Shown here piece by piece: positions 57,692 to 64,000 of a stretch of DNA of 64,000 bases (positions are counted from its first letter, which is position 1; every line of letters starts with the position of its first letter). A program made the translations under genes and the position numbers. Origin of the DNA: Candidatus Pampinifervens sinense (lineage in GTDB: Bacteria > Aquificota > Aquificia > Aquificales > Aquificaceae); NCBI GenBank assembly GCA_037927135.1, contig JAXSPP010000001.1, forward strand, positions 268,938-332,937. The letters are read 5' to 3'. The notes beneath the pieces are model-generated. The model was not told where the DNA came from. It searched no databases and worked only from the letters and a program-made list of their open reading frames with translations.

Positions 57692-58450
57692 GTGGAGCCA
57701 GTTCAAGTATTAGAGTATGTGTTTATCTTTGCCATTGGCCTGGCCCTTGGTAGTTTTTATAACGTAATCATCTACAGGCTACCCAGGAACATATCCATCC
57801 TTTCACCACCATCTCATTGCCCTCACTGTCAAAAAAGGATAAGATGGTATGACAACATACCAGTTCTATCCTATCTTCTTCTAAAAGGAAGGTGTAGACA
57901 CTGCAAAGAAAAGATATCCATAAGGTACCCTTTGGTGGAACTCTTTACTGGCCTTCTTGCCCTCCTTTGCAAAATAAAGTTTGAAGACCTTTTTATGTCC
58001 TCTCTTTTTTTCCTTTTCTTCTCCATACTTTTGGTGGCAAGCCTTATAGACTGGGACACCTTTACCCTTCCCGACAGTCTTACCCTTGGCGGTTTGGCCT
58101 TGGGCCTTTTGACGTCTCTCTTTAGACAGGACCTTGGCATAAAGGAGAGCCTTTTGGGGGCCTTTTTGGGCTTTATTTCCTTTTTCCTTATATACCTCTA
58201 CTACAAAAAGCTAAGAAAAATAGAAGGGCTTGGCTTTGGCGATGTAAAGCTTATGGCCTTTATAGGCTCTGCCTTTGGTGTATGGGGTGTAATATACGCC
58301 GTCTTTCTGGGATCTCTTTTGGGCCTTTTGTATGCCCTTCCCATAATTGTCAAAAACAAAAGCATGCAGTTTGCACTGCCCTACGGGCCCTTTTTGTCCC
58401 TTGGTGTCTTTGTGGGAACTATGCTAAACCTTAAAGACTTCTTCTTTTGA
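57692..58450 (+). CDS. pilD: Prepilin peptidase/N-methyltransferase (A24)
   Basis: GSFYNVIIYRLP, SHCPHC, GRCRHC, GFGDVKL, PYGPFL. Confidence 0.93.
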   Translation: MEPVQVLEYVFIFAIGLALGSFYNVIIYRLPRNISILSPPSHCPHCQKRIRWYDNIPVLSYLLLKGRCRHCKEKISIRYPLVELFTGLLALLCKIKFEDLFMSSLFFLFFSILLVASLIDWDTFTLPDSLTLGGLALGLLTSLFRQDLGIKESLLGAFLGFISFFLIYLYYKKLRKIEGLGFGDVKLMAFIGSAFGVWGVIYAVFLGSLLGLLYALPIIVKNKSMQFALPYGPFLSLGVFVGTMLNLKDFFF

Positions 58451-58963
58451 CTTCCAACTAAAAAGCTCTCTATATAGCTCCGAGTCTATCCTTTTGGCTA
58501 TATGCCTTTCCTTTGGAATGTCTTCCAGCTCTACAAAATAGAGGCAGTTGGTCACGCATTTTGATACGCAGGAGGGCAAAAGACCCTTTTCTACCCTTTT
58601 ATAGCAATAATCGCACTTTTCCACCTTCATGGTGCTTGGATTGAAGCTTATAGCTCCATAGGGACAGGCAATTATACAAGCCTTACATCCAATACACCTT
58701 AGCTCTTCCACATAGACTATGCCATCCTCTCTCTTTCTCATGGCGGAGGTAGGACAGGCATAAACACAAGGAGCAGGATCACAGTGAAAGCAGTTCATAG
58801 GCAAAAAGAAGGCGTCAGGCTTCTCTCCTATGCCACCAACTCTGAAGACTTTCATCGGTCTTATGTCAAAGTTTTCAATGCCTTTCTCTTGCTTGCAGGC
58901 AACCTCGCAGGAAAGACAGCCTATACATCTATCAAGGTCTATAAGCATAACAGGTCTTTTCAT
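58424..58963 (-). CDS. Multi-[4Fe-4S] electron-transfer subunit (DmsB/NrfC type)
   Basis: CIGCLSCEVAC, CFHCDPAPCVYACP, CIGCKACIIACPY, KCDYC. Confidence 0.9.
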   Translation of the reverse strand: MKRPVMLIDLDRCIGCLSCEVACKQEKGIENFDIRPMKVFRVGGIGEKPDAFFLPMNCFHCDPAPCVYACPTSAMRKREDGIVYVEELRCIGCKACIIACPYGAISFNPSTMKVEKCDYCYKRVEKGLLPSCVSKCVTNCLYFVELEDIPKERHIAKRIDSELYRELFSWKSKEEVFKV

Positions 58964-58980
58964 GACTTAAAATTATATGC

Positions 58981-59475
58981 ATGGAAAGGCCTTTGGTGGG
59001 GATAATCATGGGGAGCCTCTCCGACTGGGAGTGGCTAAAGCCAGCCTACGAGGTTTTAAAGGAATTTGGCGTTCCCTGTGAGGTAAAGGTAGTATCGGCC
59101 CATAGGACTCCAGAGCTTATGTATGAGTATGCAAAGAGTGCAAGGGAGAGGGGCATAGAGGTTATAATAGCCGGCGCGGGAGGCTCTGCCCACCTTCCGG
59201 GCATGACTGCCAGCATGACCACATTGCCTGTTATAGGCGTGCCAGTGCCTTCCAAGCATCTTTCCGGTGTGGATTCTCTCTATTCCATAGTGCAGATGCC
59301 AGCAGGAGTGCCTGTGGCAACCGTAGGCATAGGCAACGGTACCAACGCAGGCCTTTTGGCAGTAAGAATACTATCCATAAAATACCCAGAGCTTACCAAA
59401 AGGCTGGATGAATACCAAGAAAAATTAAGGGAAAAAGTAAAGGAGATGAACAAAAAACTGGAGGAAGAACTATAG
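58981..59475 (+). CDS. purE: N5-CAIR mutase
   Basis: [32 protein letters not shown]. Confidence 0.97.
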   Translation: MERPLVGIIMGSLSDWEWLKPAYEVLKEFGVPCEVKVVSAHRTPELMYEYAKSARERGIEVIIAGAGGSAHLPGMTASMTTLPVIGVPVPSKHLSGVDSLYSIVQMPAGVPVATVGIGNGTNAGLLAVRILSIKYPELTKRLDEYQEKLREKVKEMNKKLEEEL

Positions 59476-61047
59476 TATTACCGTTTGATTCTTACCGGAT
59501 TGCTTTGCAAGGTATAGAGCCTCGTCGGCCCTGTTTATTATGCTATCCACCGTGTCCCCTTTTCTATAAACGGTTCCACCTAAGGATATGGTAACTCTTA
59601 TGCCCTTTTCAAAATCTATGGACTCTACAGCCTTCCTTATCTTTTCGGCAACAGGATATGGATCCTTTGTTTTTGGCAATATTATTAAAAACTCTTCTCC
59701 TCCATACCTCCCAAAGATGTCGCTCCTTCTTATAATCTTTTTTACTTCTTTTGCTATCTCCCTAAGCACCCTATCCCCTGCCAGATGCCCGTAAGTGTCG
59801 TTCAAAAGCTTAAAGTTGTCAATATCAAAAATGATTACAGAAAATGTTTCCCCATATCTTTCCGCATACTCTATAAGATGCTCAAGCGTGCTAAAAAGCA
59901 CATACCTGTTGTATATCTTTGTTAGTGTGTCTATCGTAGCAAGCTTTCTAAGCTTCCTCTCTCTTCTTATCTCCTTTGTAAGATCGTTCAAGGTAAGAAA
60001 AGATACATCTTTACCTTTATAGCTTGTAACTATGGAAGTCAGTTTTACATACCTCAATCTACCATCCTTCCTAAGTATACGCACATAATAGCTTATAGGC
60101 TTTTTATAGCCTTGTTTTCTTTTGTTTATGTTTTCTATAGCCCTATATCTATCCTCAGGATGTATAAGCTCTAAGGGATTTTCCATATTCAAAAGTTCTT
60201 CTAAGCTGTAGCCCGTTAGCTTGGCGGTGTTTGTATTGGCATAAAGAATCTTGTTTTGATGAAAGTCGTAAATTAATACAGCGTTTGGGTTTGTCTCAAC
60301 CAAAAGACGGAAAAGTTCTTCCTTTTCATGCCTTTCCGTTATATCCATAACATAACCGTAGTATCCAACGATTTCACCATTTGAATCAAGCAAAGGCATA
60401 GTATGGTCAAGCACCCAAATATAACTACCATCTTTCCTTTTTAACCTATAGTCCTGATGGGTCCAGGAGGGGGACTTATTCCTTGTGTGATACTCCACCT
60501 CCTCAGCAACCCTCTCTATGTCCTCTGGATGTATTAGCTCCGCATATTTTATCCTACCGGAGGTAAAATCCTCCGCAGTATAACCAAGTAGGTCTTTTAC
60601 GTTTGGAGATACAAACTCCACAGGCCAGCCCTCTTCCCTCCTCCAGTGGAATAGCACCAAAGGCCCTTCAAAGAAGAGGCTAAGAGGTTTTTGTGCAAAA
60701 GATCTAAGGTTTTCATACAGCTCAAAAAGGTCAATGTGAAACTCTATATAAACTTCCCTATCTGGGTCGTAGCTTGCTATAACATAAAAATACCTTTCTC
60801 CCTCTGGAGTTTTGTGAATATGAACAACGCCGCTTTTTTCAAGGCCAAGCTCTTGTATATTCTTTACGGGACAGGGATGCCCCTCATACTCGTAGCATGG
60901 TCTTAAAAAACCATGGGAAATCTCATAGCAAGTCCCTTCCCACTTACCATAAACCTCCTTAGCCTTCTTGTTGGCAAAGATTACTTTGTGTTGCTTATTT
61001 ACAACAAAAACCGGCTCTGGAATGAGGTCCAATACCGAATAGTCCAT
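59470..61047 (-). CDS. PAS-domain diguanylate cyclase
   Basis: Three PAS-like regions, [23 protein letters not shown] with RSD I-site (RxxD). Confidence 0.92.
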   Translation of the reverse strand: MDYSVLDLIPEPVFVVNKQHKVIFANKKAKEVYGKWEGTCYEISHGFLRPCYEYEGHPCPVKNIQELGLEKSGVVHIHKTPEGERYFYVIASYDPDREVYIEFHIDLFELYENLRSFAQKPLSLFFEGPLVLFHWRREEGWPVEFVSPNVKDLLGYTAEDFTSGRIKYAELIHPEDIERVAEEVEYHTRNKSPSWTHQDYRLKRKDGSYIWVLDHTMPLLDSNGEIVGYYGYVMDITERHEKEELFRLLVETNPNAVLIYDFHQNKILYANTNTAKLTGYSLEELLNMENPLELIHPEDRYRAIENINKRKQGYKKPISYYVRILRKDGRLRYVKLTSIVTSYKGKDVSFLTLNDLTKEIRRERKLRKLATIDTLTKIYNRYVLFSTLEHLIEYAERYGETFSVIIFDIDNFKLLNDTYGHLAGDRVLREIAKEVKKIIRRSDIFGRYGGEEFLIILPKTKDPYPVAEKIRKAVESIDFEKGIRVTISLGGTVYRKGDTVDSIINRADEALYLAKQSGKNQTVIL

Positions 61048-61112
61048 AATCGCAGTTTGGAGAGATAATTATACAACAAAATTGTGTAAAAATTCAAAAA
61101 AATTTTAAAGCT

Positions 61113-62270
61113 CTACTTTAAATACCTAAGTATGCTCATGTCCTTTTGGTCCGCTATTATGCGCATAAGAGCCTCGTAGGCAAGCTTATACCTTGTATAG
61201 TCCATGATGCTTTGGGATAGGTCTGCATCTTCAATGTCTGACTTTTGCTTGTTTAGTGTGTCTTCTAAGCTTTCTTGCACAGGTTGTATGTTTTTTACAT
61301 GCGACAAAAGGCTTCCCACCTGAGACCTTCTAAAGCTTACCCTTTCAAAGGCCCTCTGTAAGAGCATAAGGTCTGAGTCATCTGGATACATGGCTCCAGA
61401 GAGCTTATCTCCTACCCTCTTTACCGCTTGTAGAACGTTTGGAGAATAAAAACCTGTTGAGAAGTCTCCCGTGCCTGAAACTGATATGTCCTTGCTTACA
61501 TCCACAGGCACAAGCATGAGGGAGTAGGTTCCATCGGGGTTTTGGCTTACCTTTGCAGAAAGCAGGTTGGAGTAGTTGGAGTTTATAACATCCACAAGGT
61601 CCTTTAGGCTTTGAGTGTTTGAGTAGATTATGCTTATGTTGGTTGCTCCTACCTTTATGTTAAGCGTGCCACCGGTGGTAAAGTTTGTATCTGGGCTTGA
61701 AAACTTGGCGTTGGATATGGATACATTTAGGCCAAAGGTCTCATCACCTCTCAAAAGGGCATCCACCTTATAGTTGTCAGATAGCCATACCTTAAAAGAT
61801 TCCTTAGAGGCTTTGTATTCAAGGGTGTTTTCATCAAAGGGCTTTTGTGTGAGGCTTGCACCACCAAAGATATAGTTCCCACCAAGCTGGTCGTTGGCCC
61901 TGTCAAGCAAGGACCTCAAAGTAGAAGAGAAAAGCTCTCCAATGGCAACAAGCTGGTTTGGCTGTAATATTTGGTTCTTTGTTTGCACAGTCTTTGCATA
62001 AAGAAGGTTCAAACTATCTTCTATCTTTCCAAGGTTTAGGTCTATATAGCTAAGGCTTGTGTCTGCAAAGAGCCTGTTTTTTGAATATTGGGACAGTTGA
62101 GCTATTTCCTTTTTTAAATCAAGCACGTTGTAGGTTGCGTGCGGGTCTTCGGATATGCCTTGGTATTTCCTTCCCGTGGATATCTCCAAGGTCTTATCGG
62201 ACAGGTTTTTTCTTATCCTTGCATCCTGTTCCTGAAATATTGAAAAGAGAATATTATCTGGCACCTTCAT
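61113..62270 (-). CDS. flgL: Flagellar hook-associated protein 3
   Basis: ISTGRK..SEDP, GNYIFGG..KPF, SDIEDAD, YEAL; downstream of flgK. Confidence 0.88.
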   Translation of the reverse strand: MKVPDNILFSIFQEQDARIRKNLSDKTLEISTGRKYQGISEDPHATYNVLDLKKEIAQLSQYSKNRLFADTSLSYIDLNLGKIEDSLNLLYAKTVQTKNQILQPNQLVAIGELFSSTLRSLLDRANDQLGGNYIFGGASLTQKPFDENTLEYKASKESFKVWLSDNYKVDALLRGDETFGLNVSISNAKFSSPDTNFTTGGTLNIKVGATNISIIYSNTQSLKDLVDVINSNYSNLLSAKVSQNPDGTYSLMLVPVDVSKDISVSGTGDFSTGFYSPNVLQAVKRVGDKLSGAMYPDDSDLMLLQRAFERVSFRRSQVGSLLSHVKNIQPVQESLEDTLNKQKSDIEDADLSQSIMDYTRYKLAYEALMRIIADQKDMSILRYLK

Positions 62271-62281
62271 AGCTTTTCACC

Positions 62282-63850
62282 TCACACCATATTTAAAGTA
62301 GCTTGTAACATCTCATCCATTGTATTCAAAGCCCTTGCCAAGGCTTCATAGCTTCTTTGAAGCTTCATAAGTTCCATAAACTCGTTGTCTACAGAAACTC
62401 CTTGCATCTCTTGAAGCTTGGCGTTTATTGAACTAAGAAGTGCGTTCTCTATATCATACTTTGTCTTAAGGTCCTTCTGCCTTGAGGCTATACTATCCAC
62501 AAGACTGTTATAAACACCCTTTGAGCCTTCCCACCAACCTCTTGAGAAGTCCATAAACTCATCCGCCTTTTCATAGTCAAGATTTTGGATGTTTATACCT
62601 GGGTTTATGGCCATATTGGAAATGCCGTTGCCCACAAAGAGAGGCTCGGACCGATGCACTAAGCCGTTGGAGTCCTCTATGGTGTAAGAGGAGTTTAAAG
62701 CGGTTATCTTCATGGTGTAAGTTCCATCGGGGTTTGTTATGAGGCTTGCGGTAAAGTTGACGCTAAGGGTTGGGTCTGTGTTTATGGCGTTTATGATTGA
62801 GTTTAGGCTGTCTGTGCTGGAGTAGCTTAAGCTTATGGGCCCTCCTGGAAAGCCAGAAAAGGTTATGCTTCCAGAGAATCCCAAACCTTCACTCGGGTTT
62901 TTCACATTTTTAAGCCAATACCAGTTTGAAGTGGCCTGAGAGTTCAAAGGAAGCTTTATATCGCTTATGAGCCTTTTGGCCAAGGCCTCAAGCTGGTTGA
63001 TATAACTGCTTAGGTCTGCTTGAAAGTCAAGAAGCCCCCTCACCCTTCCACCGCTTATTATAGAGCTTATATCCACTTCCGACCCATCTTTTGACTTCCA
63101 CAAAATCCTTTTGTTGGCACTGTCATACTTTAGCTCCCAGCTGTATCTATCTTCCACCAAAACAAAGCCCATGTCCGTTTCCACTCTTACCCTTCCTATT
63201 TCATCCTCTTGAACCCTTACGCTTATAAGCTCGGAGAGCTCTCTCAGATACTTATCCCTTTCATCCAGCAGGTTTTTGTAGTCCTTTCCTCTTGCGTAAG
63301 TCTGGGCGTAGCCTACTAATATCTCCTGATTTATCTGGGCTATCTTTTTGGTGAGCGTGTTTATCTTGTTTATATACTGCCTCATATCGTAATCGGTTCC
63401 AGCCATTATTCTGTCCATATCCCTTCTTCTATCCTTGAGATAAGAGATAAGACTTTGGGCTGAGTTGATAAGCTCGCTCCTTGCTCCTTCGTTGGTAGGT
63501 TCCTTCATAAGGTTCTGGTAAGCTGTGAAAAACCTGTTTATATACTCGCTTCCACCGAGCCCTTGGGTAAACTCCTGAAATAGGTCTTCCACCTGAGAGC
63601 CACCCTTTATGGTGGTATCCAGGGAAGACACTATAGAGAGCTTTTGATTTCTTATGCTCATATAGTGAAAGTTTTGCACCCTTAGTATATCCTCAAGGCT
63701 TATGCCCACCGGAGCAAAACTTTTTACAATGGGCTCTTCTTGGGCATAGTCTGGATTGTTTGCATTAAGAATATTTCTATTTCTTATGTCTGCAGACTTT
63801 CTAAAGATCTCAAGGCCTTGAGCTACTATGCCAAAGGTAGCACCAAACAT
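62282..63850 (-). CDS. flgK: Flagellar hook-associated protein 1
   Basis: NILNANNPDY, LLDERD, GVSVDNE, LQRSYEA; GGAGG RBS. Confidence 0.92.
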   Translation of the reverse strand: MFGATFGIVAQGLEIFRKSADIRNRNILNANNPDYAQEEPIVKSFAPVGISLEDILRVQNFHYMSIRNQKLSIVSSLDTTIKGGSQVEDLFQEFTQGLGGSEYINRFFTAYQNLMKEPTNEGARSELINSAQSLISYLKDRRRDMDRIMAGTDYDMRQYINKINTLTKKIAQINQEILVGYAQTYARGKDYKNLLDERDKYLRELSELISVRVQEDEIGRVRVETDMGFVLVEDRYSWELKYDSANKRILWKSKDGSEVDISSIISGGRVRGLLDFQADLSSYINQLEALAKRLISDIKLPLNSQATSNWYWLKNVKNPSEGLGFSGSITFSGFPGGPISLSYSSTDSLNSIINAINTDPTLSVNFTASLITNPDGTYTMKITALNSSYTIEDSNGLVHRSEPLFVGNGISNMAINPGINIQNLDYEKADEFMDFSRGWWEGSKGVYNSLVDSIASRQKDLKTKYDIENALLSSINAKLQEMQGVSVDNEFMELMKLQRSYEALARALNTMDEMLQATLNMV

Positions 63851-64000
63851 AATTTCCTCCCTTAATAATAATATACGCTGGGTGAGAAATTAGACCTCAA
63901 GTTCACCCCTCCTGTAATAACTATATCCAATAGCATAAGCATATACATACACAAGCACACAAGTTAAAGTCCTCCACCCACTACCAGCATTGAAAAGCTT

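Noticed and set aside
132..62272. Many 60-140 aa ORFs antisense to or nested in recognised genes (e.g. 1336-1716, 38807-39238, 42308-42679)
   Set aside because: They shadow well-supported genes, show Ser/Leu/Pro-rich antisense composition and have no recognisable motifs or initiation signals
63851..64000. Possible gene 3' end, sigma28 promoter or riboswitch upstream of flgK
   Set aside because: A short open frame enters from the window edge but is not identifiable, and no convincing promoter or riboswitch motif is visible

Overview
A very compact, gene-dense bacterial chromosome segment. Gene content and style (short RNase HIII, TtuA and TrmFO, futalosine pathway, scattered non-operonic housekeeping genes, Lys/Glu-rich proteins) suggest a thermophilic member of the Aquificaceae; this is inference. 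Most of the window is housekeeping: gltX, ilvE, rnhC, mqnE, polX, uvrD/pcrA, trmFO, glmS, thrC, hemL, rpoZ, pncB, accA, gmk, murB, ddl, tamB, lnt, hup, rsmE, epmA, pilD, purE, flgK/flgL. It also holds three tRNAs (Leu-CAG, Val-GAC, His-GTG) and the SRP RNA. There are two accessory regions. (1) An AT-rich rhamnose-type surface polysaccharide locus (~17.1-27.6 kb) with six apparent frameshifts. (2) A lipoprotein/TonB-dependent receptor/ExbB/ExbD/TonB/PhoD operon (~40.8-46.7 kb) under four 11-bp-phased Pho-box-like repeats; its first two genes are broken by a 26-bp tandem duplication and an in-frame amber codon. Other points of interest: an orphan tandem-DUF86 (HEPN-like) protein lacking both RNase motifs behind ymdB, two dispersed coiled-coil membrane-anchored paralogues, pervasive -10 boxes placed just before start codons (including bidirectional ones), and a C33 tRNA-Val. 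No CRISPR array, integrase, transposase or rRNA was seen. All product calls rest on motif recognition by eye, not database searches.
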